DNA of 64,000 nucleotides from an uncultured virus (IMG/VR IMGVR_UViG_3300042470_001026) (IMGVR_UViG_3300042470_001026), one strand, 5' to 3'. Positions 54,259-64,000 are shown, counted from the first letter of the stretch. Notes: a model not told the origin generated them from the sequence alone. Program-made: numbers and translations.

Positions 54259-55881
54259 TTATCTTGTATATATTCCGTAAGGAGAAACTAGTACGTCTAC
54301 GATTCCGTTTTGTAAATGATTAAATGCGTTTTCTGGAGTTTCAACTATGGGTTCGTTGTGAATATTGAACGATGTATTAACTAAAATACCTACGCCAAGT
54401 ACATTTTCTTTATAGTTTTTTAAAATTCTATAAAAAAGATTATTGCTTTTTTCGGTTACGATTTGAATTCTTGCCGTTTTATCTACTGGGTGGACAACAG
54501 TAGGTATTTTTTCTTTCCATTCGTCTTTAGTGTCAACTAGCATAGTCATGAACTCCGCTGTGTATTTTGACTTTTTTATATTAAATATGGTATCAACATC
54601 TTCATCTAAAACTGCTGGAGCAAAGGGCATATAATCATTTCGCTCTAACTTGCTATTTAAAATATCGTATGTCTCAGGATGGGTACAATCGCAAATTATA
54701 CTTCGGTTTCCAAGAGCTCTAGCCCCGTGCTCGCTTCTACCCTGATATAGTCCAATAATTTTCTTGTTTTTTAAAAGCTGTGAAACAACGTTTAAGTCTA
54801 AATCTTGCCTTATGAACTTCTGCGCAACAGTTTCAAATTCTTCTTTGGAGTATTCGTTACCCAAAAAGACGTTATTCAATCTAAATGGCATTAATTCTGG
54901 ATATACTTTTTTAAGGGTAGCTACGCAACATCCAAACGCAAGACCTTCGTCTCCCATAGGGGGTAGTACAAAAACTTCATCAAAATTAGGAATCTCGTTA
55001 ATCCTCTTGTTTAATTTAACGTTTGCAAAAATACCTCCGCTTAACGCTATTTTTTTTGTATGTGGGACACGCTTATGTAAGTTTTCAATAAGCTCTATTA
55101 TTTTGTCTTCAAACAAAATTTGTCCAGTGCATGCTATGTTTTCAATTACTGACTTCGTTTTCCAATATTTTGAGCCCACTAACTCATAGAATTTAGTAAA
55201 TAAATCTAAATATACTTGACCCGCCTCTATATGGTGATTATCATCGTCAGTTTGAGTCCCTTCTATTTTTATAACCTGATTCCAAGCATTATAAAGGTCA
55301 TTCCACTTGTTTCCATGTCCCGATAAACCGACTATCTTTCCCTCGTCTTTTAGCCTCTTGAAACCAAGAAATTCTGTTATTGCTGCATAAAAATGACCCA
55401 ACGATTTTTTCTTAGTGGTAATTCCGTCAATGTATTCCATCCTACCTCTTGTTCCTAAATAAGTCTTAGAGCTATATCCGTTTACTCCACCACTCGCATC
55501 AGCACAAAATATTAATGTATCTTCCTGAAAGTCAGATAAATAGTAAGAAAGGGCTGCATGAGCTTCATGGTGGTCTATATGAATATATTGTTTTTCAGGT
55601 ATTACATATCCAAACGCATTGCTGAATATATCTCTTGCAGTCTCATATGGAAAAAAAGAAGTTATAAAATCCATCTCTTCAAAAATTACACCGTATCTTT
55701 CTTTTAATGAATTAACGGATTGAGAAGGGTATCTCTCAAAATTCTTATCAAAGTCTATATAAGGCTTTACCCTTGTTAATCTTTCTTCTTCAATGACAGC
55801 AATAATTTCCCCGTTTTTTATATAACAAGCTCCGCAAGAATGTGCACCAGCAATAAATCCTAATATGTTACAATTTTTCAT
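54259..55881 (-). CDS. carbamoyltransferase (NodU/CmcH family)
   Basis: EEERLTRVK, HHEAHA, EGKIVGL, SGGIFANVKLN, GARALGNRS, PFAP, NTSFNIH.EP. Confidence 0.93.
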   Translation of the reverse strand: MKNCNILGFIAGAHSCGACYIKNGEIIAVIEEERLTRVKPYIDFDKNFERYPSQSVNSLKERYGVIFEEMDFITSFFPYETARDIFSNAFGYVIPEKQYIHIDHHEAHAALSYYLSDFQEDTLIFCADASGGVNGYSSKTYLGTRGRMEYIDGITTKKKSLGHFYAAITEFLGFKRLKDEGKIVGLSGHGNKWNDLYNAWNQVIKIEGTQTDDDNHHIEAGQVYLDLFTKFYELVGSKYWKTKSVIENIACTGQILFEDKIIELIENLHKRVPHTKKIALSGGIFANVKLNKRINEIPNFDEVFVLPPMGDEGLAFGCCVATLKKVYPELMPFRLNNVFLGNEYSKEEFETVAQKFIRQDLDLNVVSQLLKNKKIIGLYQGRSEHGARALGNRSIICDCTHPETYDILNSKLERNDYMPFAPAVLDEDVDTIFNIKKSKYTAEFMTMLVDTKDEWKEKIPTVVHPVDKTARIQIVTEKSNNLFYRILKNYKENVLGVGILVNTSFNIHNEPIVETPENAFNHLQNGIVDVLVSPYGIYTR

Positions 55882-56968
55882 TTTCTTGTATTTTATTGAT
55901 TACTTTTTCAGCAGTTATTAATTTGTGACATTCGAACTGTCTAGGCGTATCTTCATGACGTGGGCACCATGTCCAGCTTCCTTTATCAAATTTAAATTTT
56001 TCATCATGCCAGCAAGAATGACAAATAGTTTCGTCATTAATTCTTATTGTATTAATTGTAAACTCATGGTCTTTATCAGTGAAATTTGAAATCATATATA
56101 CTTTCTTTCTTAACGACCAAGCAAGCCAAGATAAACCACTAGAAAGCCCTATATAAAACTCGCTATGGTGTATATAATTCATAGTCGTTTCAAACGAGGT
56201 ATCCGTTATTCTTAGTAAGTTCGTAAAATTTGATGTTTTTTGACTTTTCATTTCTTCTTCTTTAGAAATTTCAATTACTTTATATCCGTTGTCATTCAAG
56301 AAATTAATTAAATCTTGCCAATAATACCAAAGCTTGCATTGAGAAGTTGAATACATGGAAATACATACATATTTTTCCTCAATTGGTCTTGTAGTGGGGG
56401 TAAAATCTATTTCTGGTAAAATTTCTTTAAATGGAAGTTTAAGGATGTTCGTAGCAGTCTTTTGGAGCGGAATCAATATGGGGTTTACTGGCTCTTTTTC
56501 CTTTTCCCAGAACCAGCCTATCTCAAACATGCCTATAATATTATTTACTACTTCACCCCTCTCTGAGAAATTAAGTTCTGGATATTTATTCCGAAAAAAG
56601 TGATTTTTAAATGTTGAAACTATTACTTTACACTCATAAAATTTTGAAAATTCCATACAATATGGAATCCATGCTAATGTATCACCTAAAGCTTTGCTTT
56701 CAAAAGATATAAAAACCCTCTTCCCCTTTATCTGTTCTAAGAAGTTTACTTGTGTAATTGTTCTACCTTCGAATCTTACAAAAACAGCAATATCTGATAA
56801 ATATTTTCTGCTAAGTTGAGCCCATCCGCCGACATTTAATTTAGTTTTATAAATTTCTTTGTTGTCAGAACGGTCTACAAAAGATACCTCGTATTCTCTG
56901 TTTTTACCTTCGTCTTCGGTAATCTGAAAATATAGACCCTTTACGTGATGAATATTATATTTAATCAT
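55868..56968 (-). CDS. TibC/Aah-like autotransporter (protein Ser) O-heptosyltransferase
   Basis: ALGDTLAW, STSQCKLW, FYIGLSSGLSWLAW, MISNFT..HEF, iron-finger CHSCW...WCPRH..T.RQFEC. Confidence 0.85.
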   Translation of the reverse strand: MIKYNIHHVKGLYFQITEDEGKNREYEVSFVDRSDNKEIYKTKLNVGGWAQLSRKYLSDIAVFVRFEGRTITQVNFLEQIKGKRVFISFESKALGDTLAWIPYCMEFSKFYECKVIVSTFKNHFFRNKYPELNFSERGEVVNNIIGMFEIGWFWEKEKEPVNPILIPLQKTATNILKLPFKEILPEIDFTPTTRPIEEKYVCISMYSTSQCKLWYYWQDLINFLNDNGYKVIEISKEEEMKSQKTSNFTNLLRITDTSFETTMNYIHHSEFYIGLSSGLSWLAWSLRKKVYMISNFTDKDHEFTINTIRINDETICHSCWHDEKFKFDKGSWTWCPRHEDTPRQFECHKLITAEKVINKIQENEKL

Positions 56969-56972
56969 TTAT

Positions 56973-58001
56973 CTATATGTTAGTGTACACGTCAATGTAT
57001 TTACGTTGAATTGTACTTGAATCTAAATGATGAAACTGTTTAACTGCCATATATATATTTTCTAATGTTTTGCAAGTTTTAATCCAGTCATAATTAGTTC
57101 TTTCTCCTTTCATTGAATTAATCAAATCTGGATAGTTTTCAATAATCTTATTAATCTTTTCAATTATTTCGCTGGTGCTGATATTATCAAGCCTGAATAG
57201 ACCTTTTATATCATTTGAACCCTTATAGGTGGCTACGGTAGGTAAACAACAAGAGGCGGCTTCCAATAGGGTTAAATTGGGGTGTCCAGCCTCTAGCATA
57301 GATGGATGTAAAAAAATGGTGTGGCTTTGATAGATGCTTAAAAGTTCATTTTCTGTAGGATTACTTGCTACTAGATTCAGTTTATCATATGATAATAAAT
57401 CTCTATGTATGTCAAAAAACCGCTGATTTGATTCAGTTCCGACTATTGTTATTGGTAAGTCTAACGCTTTTGCAGCTTCAATGCCATATCTGAAACCTTT
57501 TCTGTCAAATCCATAATCTCCCGCTAGACCGTTATTAGCGACCATCAATAATTTATGACCAGAAAGATGTTGTTGGCTAGGGTTAAAGAATGATGTATTA
57601 ACCGCATGGGTCAAGTAAAACAATTTATCGGTGTTATCGAAGTATTCAATTAGATATTCTGCGTGTGTAATTGAAAATGTAGACTTTTTCATTGCCTCTA
57701 AGTTATGTTTGAAGCAATAGCTATCCTTACCATAATGCTCGGTATGGTGGTCATGTAACGAAAAAACATATGGTATTGAGTATTTATCCAGCTCAAGGGC
57801 AAGATTTCCCATGTGGCAGTGGATAAAATCATATTCTTTCCAAGAATCAAGAACTTCATTCAAATGCTTGATGTGAACTTCGTGTCCCAACTTTTCAAGA
57901 GCAATTTTATACTCTCTTACAATTTTTTCAACTGCTCCCCATCCCATTTCGCCAACTGGTCTTATGGGTATCATTCCAGTGGTAATTTGACAGATTTTCA
58001 T
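56973..58001 (-). CDS. glycosyltransferase family 4
   Basis: GWGAVEK, DRKG, HPSMLEAGHPNLTLLEAAS. Confidence 0.85.
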   Translation of the reverse strand: MKICQITTGMIPIRPVGEMGWGAVEKIVREYKIALEKLGHEVHIKHLNEVLDSWKEYDFIHCHMGNLALELDKYSIPYVFSLHDHHTEHYGKDSYCFKHNLEAMKKSTFSITHAEYLIEYFDNTDKLFYLTHAVNTSFFNPSQQHLSGHKLLMVANNGLAGDYGFDRKGFRYGIEAAKALDLPITIVGTESNQRFFDIHRDLLSYDKLNLVASNPTENELLSIYQSHTIFLHPSMLEAGHPNLTLLEAASCCLPTVATYKGSNDIKGLFRLDNISTSEIIEKINKIIENYPDLINSMKGERTNYDWIKTCKTLENIYMAVKQFHHLDSSTIQRKYIDVYTNI

Positions 58002-58004
58002 ATT

Positions 58005-58373
58005 TTATAATTTAGTCCAACCATTTCTCCAATATCCTTCACCATAACTTATGCATATTTCTTCATCTTTTTTTATTTCTCTTAATGTAACTATACCTAT
58101 CCCAACATCACATGTAAACCACTTAGCATTATTGTTGTCATCATGATTATATACAGAAATATATCCGAGTGCAATTACATAATTGTCACTATTTTGAGGG
58201 TATGAAAATGCTAGTTTTTTTATTTGATAAGGTGTGTTTGCCCAATTTGTATGGTAGCAGCTACTTATGGGGGATAGCTCAAGCATAACATTTGACGGAA
58301 TATCATTTTTAGCATAAACCCCAAGACCTTTTGCTCCGTGAGCCAAATACATTTCTGGGCTAATAAAAAACAT
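58005..58373 (-). CDS. SET-domain lysine methyltransferase
   Basis: GLGVYA..DI, YNHDDNNNA, REIKKDEEICISYG. Confidence 0.85.
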   Translation of the reverse strand: MFFISPEMYLAHGAKGLGVYAKNDIPSNVMLELSPISSCYHTNWANTPYQIKKLAFSYPQNSDNYVIALGYISVYNHDDNNNAKWFTCDVGIGIVTLREIKKDEEICISYGEGYWRNGWTKL

Positions 58374-61075
58374 TAATGAAACAATTTATTCTGTTTGTCA
58401 ATTAGTGAAAACCCATCAAACTGACTAGTAATTCTATTATTCAAAATGCCCATCTTATATGGCGAGTTCTTGAAAATATAGTTGAAAAACATATCACTAG
58501 CATCCCATTTTTCAGTTCTTAATTTTTCTTTTAACCACTTTTTTGTAAATTTTGGGAACATAATGCACTGAAGACCAATTATATGATTAGTTATAAATAG
58601 CAAGCTCTGATTCTCTATGTTTTGTATTTTGGGAGACTGAAGCCATCCATGTTCCAAAGTTTTAGTATCTCCAAAACTGAAATATCCTATGTTGTTTTCA
58701 TCACAAATCTTTGCTGATTCAAAAACTTTAGCACAAAACTCTTCAATAGGAACTTCAATTTTGCAATCCCCTTCACACACAATTATGAAGTCGCAGTCAT
58801 CAAATTCGCTCAAAATTGCATTCTTAAAAGCCTCAAAACAGCCATAGTGAGCTGGCGTTAGTGCTGTAGTTAAACGCTGTACTTCTTCTTCAGTAAAGAG
58901 CCTATCTGAAACAGCTTGTGGTCTTTGGCAGTTATGTTTAGGGGGTAAGTCTTTGTAAGGCTCGTTTACATGTAATACATACTCTATCCCAAAATTTGAA
59001 ACTTGTTTCAGCTGATTTCTACTTTGCTCTTCTCTCTCATCATTATAAGTAGTTTGTATGTGAACAAGTTTAATTTTAGGCTTTTTATTAAGCCATTTAA
59101 AAAATCCAGTATTATTGAACTTCTCTAAATTATTTGAATTTATTTCGTATACTTCTTCCTTATACTTCACATCTCCATCAAAAAACTGAATTGTAACGAC
59201 TATTGGCTTGTTATTGTATACAAATTCTTTTTTAAATTCTCTGTTTTTGCTGATTTGAAAGCTTCCGTTGAAGAATTCTGAATTATCTTCTGTCATTAAA
59301 ATTCTTACTATTCTATCATCTATGTTATAAGTAAAGAAATAAAACATGAATTGGTTTTCTTCCTTAGAGATAGGTAAAATAGAATAGTATTCAGAGTTTG
59401 AAGCAACACCAAGACCGCTATTTGTTAATATAGTTTCTTGCTCGTTATGTGCAAGATGGATGTTTTCTTTCCCTTGAATTTTTTTAACTAAATAATCTTC
59501 CAAGAAATTATGCGCTCCAGCTTTTTGACACGCTGCATTATACTCGTTAGCGGTTTTTACATCGTCGAAAGTCTCTAGGAAAAACTGAACATCCATCGTC
59601 ATACCGTTAGTCTGAATACCTTTTCCGAATGGCGTATTGTTTGTCCCTAAGTATGCAGTATTTAATTTTGAAACGTATTCAAATGACTCGTCTACTACGG
59701 GTATATCTTTAGGGTTAAGTAAAACATCATATGTGGTATAAAAAAACCTTTTGAAGCCTAAATCTTTAGCAAATTTAGCGGCGGTAAATAAGTTTACTAA
59801 AACAGTTAGGGATTGATTGCTATGTTTCAATCCGTTTATATTCATATCTACGTTAAAATCATTTGTATATCTGTAAAACTTAGTATAATATGAGTGATGG
59901 CAAAGCGGATTATATGCATCAAAAATGTAATAGTCAACCATCCTTTGTATTTCTGTATCTACTGGGTAATGAGATATTAAAATAATCTTACGTCCAAGAG
60001 GTTTAAGGGTGGCAATTGTATCTTTAGTTAACTGAACTCTACTTTTTAAATTAGGATATGTTCCCAATACGATAACTTCTTCCGCAATAAGCTCTTTCTT
60101 GGGATTGGTAATCTCGACTATTTTTTGTGCATCTTTATCTAAGTCTCCCGTCAAATAATTCATATTTGGCTCATTATTATAGCGATTTAAGTATACATCT
60201 AAGTTGTACATTAACTTAGGGAGTTCCTCGTATTCTAAGGATTCTTTGATTACGATTGGGTTTAATTCTTTGTTGCCCCTATCACCTCTTGATGGAAACA
60301 AAAAAAGGTCAGCCGCTTTCATAAAATCATCAATATCTGACCTCTCGCCCCATATTACTACGTTATTTAGATTTTCATTTTCTTGTTTCCATTCCATGAG
60401 TGGCTTCCAATAATTTTGGAAATTTTCAGCCTGATTGCCTATAAAATGAAATTTAAGTTTATATTGGAAAAGCTTATCACAAAGCTCGAATGCATATTTT
60501 TGGTTTTTTCTAGGAGTAAATAACCCGACGATTATAATGTGCTTATATCCTTCCTGAAGACCTAACTTTCTCCTAATTTCTTCTTTGGTTTGAGTTTTTT
60601 TATCTACTGGATATTCAATTATTTCATACGGAGTAGGGAGGTGTGTATACTTTAAAGAGTTATAAGGACTTACAAAAACAAATTTATCAGGGTGATAGAG
60701 TTTATTTTTTGGATTAAAACTACTGTCGTGAGTTGTTTCAACTATTTTATATTTTCTTTCATCTCTATAGAGCCAATCTGACATTTCTTTATCCATAAAC
60801 ATTTCTGGGAATTCTTCCATAGAAATGACATCAGGACTAAATGCTTCAACTATATTCTTGAGCTCTTTAAATTTTTCTTCTCCAAGAGATTTAAACTTAT
60901 CTTGCCCGAGCATTTCTATGATTCTATTTCTTTGTACAACAAACTTCCAAGCAACAAGTGCATGCTCCACTAATAGTATGTCAAAGTGATTTAGTAAAAG
61001 TTTTACCTTATTGGCGGTAACTTGTGGGGCACCACCAGTGCTCAAATGAGGGGTAATAATTAGTAATTTTCTCAT
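58373..61075 (-). CDS. multidomain glycosyltransferase (GT4 N-terminus, central domain, GT25-like C-terminus)
   Basis: PHLSTGGAPQ, RKNQ, ADLFLFPS..ELNPIVIKE; C-terminal HYGCF...VCEGDC. Confidence 0.8.
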   Translation of the reverse strand: MRKLLIITPHLSTGGAPQVTANKVKLLLNHFDILLVEHALVAWKFVVQRNRIIEMLGQDKFKSLGEEKFKELKNIVEAFSPDVISMEEFPEMFMDKEMSDWLYRDERKYKIVETTHDSSFNPKNKLYHPDKFVFVSPYNSLKYTHLPTPYEIIEYPVDKKTQTKEEIRRKLGLQEGYKHIIIVGLFTPRKNQKYAFELCDKLFQYKLKFHFIGNQAENFQNYWKPLMEWKQENENLNNVVIWGERSDIDDFMKAADLFLFPSRGDRGNKELNPIVIKESLEYEELPKLMYNLDVYLNRYNNEPNMNYLTGDLDKDAQKIVEITNPKKELIAEEVIVLGTYPNLKSRVQLTKDTIATLKPLGRKIILISHYPVDTEIQRMVDYYIFDAYNPLCHHSYYTKFYRYTNDFNVDMNINGLKHSNQSLTVLVNLFTAAKFAKDLGFKRFFYTTYDVLLNPKDIPVVDESFEYVSKLNTAYLGTNNTPFGKGIQTNGMTMDVQFFLETFDDVKTANEYNAACQKAGAHNFLEDYLVKKIQGKENIHLAHNEQETILTNSGLGVASNSEYYSILPISKEENQFMFYFFTYNIDDRIVRILMTEDNSEFFNGSFQISKNREFKKEFVYNNKPIVVTIQFFDGDVKYKEEVYEINSNNLEKFNNTGFFKWLNKKPKIKLVHIQTTYNDEREEQSRNQLKQVSNFGIEYVLHVNEPYKDLPPKHNCQRPQAVSDRLFTEEEVQRLTTALTPAHYGCFEAFKNAILSEFDDCDFIIVCEGDCKIEVPIEEFCAKVFESAKICDENNIGYFSFGDTKTLEHGWLQSPKIQNIENQSLLFITNHIIGLQCIMFPKFTKKWLKEKLRTEKWDASDMFFNYIFKNSPYKMGILNNRITSQFDGFSLIDKQNKLFH

Positions 61076-62010
61076 ATTAATGATTTAATACTCTCAAAAA
61101 CTTGTTGAACGGAAGGGTGGCATTCGTATGTGGGCTTTTTTTCTAAACACTTAATTAGTGGTGCTATGCCTTGAATGTTACCCCATTCCTTTATACCATA
61201 TTTGGCATTCGATGCACACTCCAATCCGCACCCTCCCCTTACATATTTATATTTGTAGTCTTGCCTTCCTTTTCTGTATGGCATTCTGAATTCTGGTTTT
61301 ATAGATGAGCCTAAGTGAACTATTGGGGTATCTGTAGTTCCCGCTAAATGAAGCAGTCCGCTATCCATAGTTATAAAACATCTAGCTCTGCTAATTATAT
61401 TCCAGCAATCGCTAACATTTGTTTTATTCATAAGATTTATCCCTCTCTCAATTTCAAAGTTGAATACGGGCTTTTGAACGTTAAAAAAACCAGTTTCACT
61501 AGAATCTTTACCTATAGATACAACACTTAACCCTATTTCGTTAAGCATCTTTGTTAGATTCATCCAGTTAACTGAATCCCAAGTTCTTACAGCCCAAGTG
61601 GTAACTGGGTGTATGCAAATGTATTCTTTAGGTAGTTCGATTTCAAAAGGATGAGACGGCTGATAAAAGCATTCCATTTCATCTTTAGCCAGCATGAAAC
61701 CAAGATGTATTGCATGAAATTGTCTTATATCTATCATGTTATGCTTGTACTCAATACCATATTGATTTTTTTTACCAACATTGTAGAAAGAATTATGCAT
61801 GATATAATTATCATTGAAGTAATCCATATCTACAGATGTAATCTTGAATGACTCTTCAACGTGAGGGTTTTTTTTAAAAACATCTGGCATCCTAGAAAGT
61901 ATTGTCACACGTCTTTCATAGTAATCGTTCAGTTTTTTTATAGTTGGAGTAGCGCACAATAAATCTCCAAGACCATTACAGTCGCCAAGATTCAAGCAAA
62001 TAGGTTTCAT
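61072..62010 (-). CDS. GT9/heptosyltransferase-like glycosyltransferase with C-terminal Cys cluster
   Basis: GLGDLLCATP, IHP...RTW, MDSGLLHLAGTT; CGLEC...KC...ECHP. Confidence 0.85.
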   Translation of the reverse strand: MKPICLNLGDCNGLGDLLCATPTIKKLNDYYERRVTILSRMPDVFKKNPHVEESFKITSVDMDYFNDNYIMHNSFYNVGKKNQYGIEYKHNMIDIRQFHAIHLGFMLAKDEMECFYQPSHPFEIELPKEYICIHPVTTWAVRTWDSVNWMNLTKMLNEIGLSVVSIGKDSSETGFFNVQKPVFNFEIERGINLMNKTNVSDCWNIISRARCFITMDSGLLHLAGTTDTPIVHLGSSIKPEFRMPYRKGRQDYKYKYVRGGCGLECASNAKYGIKEWGNIQGIAPLIKCLEKKPTYECHPSVQQVFESIKSLI

Positions 62011-62828
62011 TTGTTGTAGCCAAATGTTTTAAAGTACCAATTATATCTATCATAAATCCAATCACATACTCTTTCTCCAAGTATAAATTTTGCATCAGAT
62101 TGTTTCATCTCTAATCTGGGTCTTATAGTATGGTCTCCAAAAACTCCGTGTAAGTTATCATCCTCTTTTGTGATTTGCAATATGTTGTCAAAATTATGAT
62201 TGTAATGAGGTATCTCTAAATAATTGTAAATCTTTTTTATCTCTAATTCAGGTCGAAGGCAAAAATCTTCATATTTAATGAACAGAAACTTTTCAAATGA
62301 GTGATTTTCAAAAATGACTTGAAATCTTTCTAAAGCAAGACCTAAAGGTGGAGTAGAAGAAAAATAATCTACTCTTTTTGCTACAGTTGTATTTGCCCCA
62401 GTAGCCCAGTTTACGAGCGGTTCTTTATTTATATCTCTACGAAACAGCTTTTCCATGCTGCAAAAAATATCTCTTAAATCACGAACCATACAAATCATTT
62501 TTGGCTCATATGGCAAAAACGACTTTACCCAATTGTAATAAATACCCCATCCCCTTCCTTTGTCTAAAAAATACTTTTTATCAGTTATGCTATTTGCAAA
62601 TGCATGAATACCAGCGTTGCAATAAGCAGAAAAAGCTTTACTCATGACTTCGGGCTCAAGATTGGCATTAAATTCTACAGAGTCAGTAAAAGCTTTTTTT
62701 GAAGCATAGATTAGTTCTATTAATCCGCTAGTTGGAGTTACATAAAAATCTGGGTTTTGCCCCATTAGGTTTTGCAAGACTGTAGACCCACTTCTAGGCA
62801 TACTAGTGTGGAAAAAAAGTTTAGCCAT
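62007..62828 (-). CDS. PAPS-dependent sulfotransferase
   Basis: MPRSGSTVL PSB loop, VRDLRDIFCS, IKYEDF. Confidence 0.9.
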   Translation of the reverse strand: MAKLFFHTSMPRSGSTVLQNLMGQNPDFYVTPTSGLIELIYASKKAFTDSVEFNANLEPEVMSKAFSAYCNAGIHAFANSITDKKYFLDKGRGWGIYYNWVKSFLPYEPKMICMVRDLRDIFCSMEKLFRRDINKEPLVNWATGANTTVAKRVDYFSSTPPLGLALERFQVIFENHSFEKFLFIKYEDFCLRPELEIKKIYNYLEIPHYNHNFDNILQITKEDDNLHGVFGDHTIRPRLEMKQSDAKFILGERVCDWIYDRYNWYFKTFGYNK

Positions 62829-62885
62829 GAGTTAAAATTAGTGTATTTTCAATATACTTTGTATATTTACAATAAAGAATTTTAC

Positions 62886-63290
62886 ATGGAAAACATACAA
62901 ATTCCAATAAGTATGGGAGAGGCCATAGACCGACTAACAATTCTGAAGATTAAGTTAATGTATATCAAAAATGATGAAAAGCTAAATAACATAAGCAAAG
63001 ACCACGATTTGCTTGAGAAAGCCATATACAAATACTATCCTGAAGCTCCCATTTTCCCCCTAAAAGTGGATTCTCACATTTTTGGTGAACTGTTCAAGGT
63101 TAACAAAGAGCTTTGGGACGTTGAGGATAAATTGAGAGTTTTAGAGAGGGGTAAAAATTTTGGTTCGGAGTTTATTGAACTGGCTCGTAGCGTTTACTAT
63201 TTAAACGATAATAGAGCTAATGTAAAAAAAAGAATTAATATTGAATACAAGTCAGAGCTGATTGAGGAAAAGTCCTACGAGGCTTATTGA
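62886..63290 (+). CDS. DUF6165-like protein
   Basis: IPISMGEAIDRLTILKIK...LWDVED..R...FIELARSVY..ND.RA..K..IN...EEKSY; ATG at 62886. Confidence 0.8.
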   Translation: MENIQIPISMGEAIDRLTILKIKLMYIKNDEKLNNISKDHDLLEKAIYKYYPEAPIFPLKVDSHIFGELFKVNKELWDVEDKLRVLERGKNFGSEFIELARSVYYLNDNRANVKKRINIEYKSELIEEKSYEAY

Positions 63291-63306
63291 TTAAGATTAC
63301 TAAATC

Positions 63307-63783
63307 ATGATTATAGTATTATTTGGTCAGCCAGCTTCTGGGAAAACTACTCTTGCTGAAAAAGTTCAACGAGAGCTTTTCATTAAGGAAAATGCTTCTT
63401 ATCCAATAATTGACGGAGATGAATTAAGAGAAATTTTTAAAAATAAGGACTACAGCAGAGAAGGGCGGATAAAAAATCTGAATAGAATATCTGATATAGC
63501 AACCTTTCTTGCTCATAAGTACAAAGTCGTAATAGTTAGTGCAGTTTATCCATACAACGAAGCAAGAATGTATCTTGAAAGTGTTTACGAAAATGTTGCT
63601 TGGGTGTTTTTAAACTATTATGGAGAAAGAGGAAGGGAAGACTTCCATGTAAAAGATTTTGAACTTCCACTGCCAAAAAATAATTTATTACCAATAAACA
63701 CAAGTAAAGATGACATTGAATTCGCAACCCAGAAAATATGCTCTTTTTATTGGAAGATATCAGACCTTACACGAAGGTCATAA
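63307..63783 (+). CDS. cysC: adenylyl-sulfate (APS) kinase
   Basis: GQPASGKTT, IDGDELR, DYSREGR..N, SAVYPY..AR. Confidence 0.85.
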   Translation: MIIVLFGQPASGKTTLAEKVQRELFIKENASYPIIDGDELREIFKNKDYSREGRIKNLNRISDIATFLAHKYKVVIVSAVYPYNEARMYLESVYENVAWVFLNYYGERGREDFHVKDFELPLPKNNLLPINTSKDDIEFATQKICSFYWKISDLTRRS

Positions 63784-64000
63784 GTATCTATTCAGAAAAA
63801 AAATTGAGGAGGGAATTCCAGTTTTAGTTGCAATCAGGGAAATGCCGATTGACGATAAAAACCCATTTACTCCTACTGAAGTGATGGACTTATTTATAGC
63901 TGACGATGAGTGCCAAAAATGGTTTTCAGAAGCTATGATGGCTATGATGGTTATACCAAACATTGAGGGAGTTTACTATGGTCGTGACGTGGGATATAAT
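63710..64000 (+). CDS. HxGH nucleotidyltransferase (partial; runs off the window)
   Basis: Hand-translated MTLNSQPRKYALFIGRYQTLHEGHKYLF...VAIRE...KNPF...IPNIEGVYYGRDVGY. Confidence 0.8.
   Translation, partial: MTLNSQPRKYALFIGRYQTLHEGHKYLFRKKIEEGIPVLVAIREMPIDDKNPFTPTEVMDLFIADDECQKWFSEAMMAMMVIPNIEGVYYGRDVGYN

Noticed and set aside
24670..62885. Track start positions 24670, 28447 and 62772
   Set aside because: These are over-extended GTG/TTG starts overlapping neighbours; ATGs at 24700, 28552 and 62886 fit better.
1..64000. Stop-codon reassignment
   Set aside because: Standard code 11 gives dense, intact genes, and TAA, TAG and TGA all end genes at sensible boundaries.
1..64000. tRNA, rRNA, integrase or IS elements
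   Set aside because: None recognised by eye; intergenic gaps are short and mostly explained by small ORFs and terminators. A covariance-model scan was not run.

Overview
This is a gene-dense, AT-rich fragment of a large bacterial virus genome. The host is probably a Bacteroidota member, judged from A-rich starts without Shine-Dalgarno sequences and TAnnTTTG promoter boxes. All family assignments come from motif recognition only; no searches were run. Layout: (1) 1-10.7 kb holds DUF932, an HTH/replication-initiation set, a small glycan-tailoring cluster and a spanin-like pair. (2) 11-21 kb holds large mosaic 'cargo' proteins divided into modules by about 30 copies of a [MYFL]-x-x-G-G motif (ART-PolyVal-, LPD29-, DUF2958-like modules), plus a MoxR-type AAA+/VWA-like pair. 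(3) 21-39 kb holds glucosaminidases, a PAS-PAS membrane protein next to a holin-like gene and GH19 endolysin, an FtsK-HerA (A32/P9-like) packaging ATPase, a 234-aa beta-rich major-capsid candidate, an HExxH protease and about 20 small single-pass membrane proteins. (4) 40-53 kb holds four giant (Gly-Thr/Ser-Ser)n collagen-register fibre proteins. (5) 53-64 kb holds a convergent glycosylation/sulfation cluster that includes a TibC/Aah-type protein O-heptosyltransferase. I recognised no terminase, portal, HK97 capsid or tail genes. The best reading is an unusually large (>64 kb) tailless, internal-membrane virus with proteolytically processed cargo and glycosylated fibres. That reading is inference and needs structural and profile searches.
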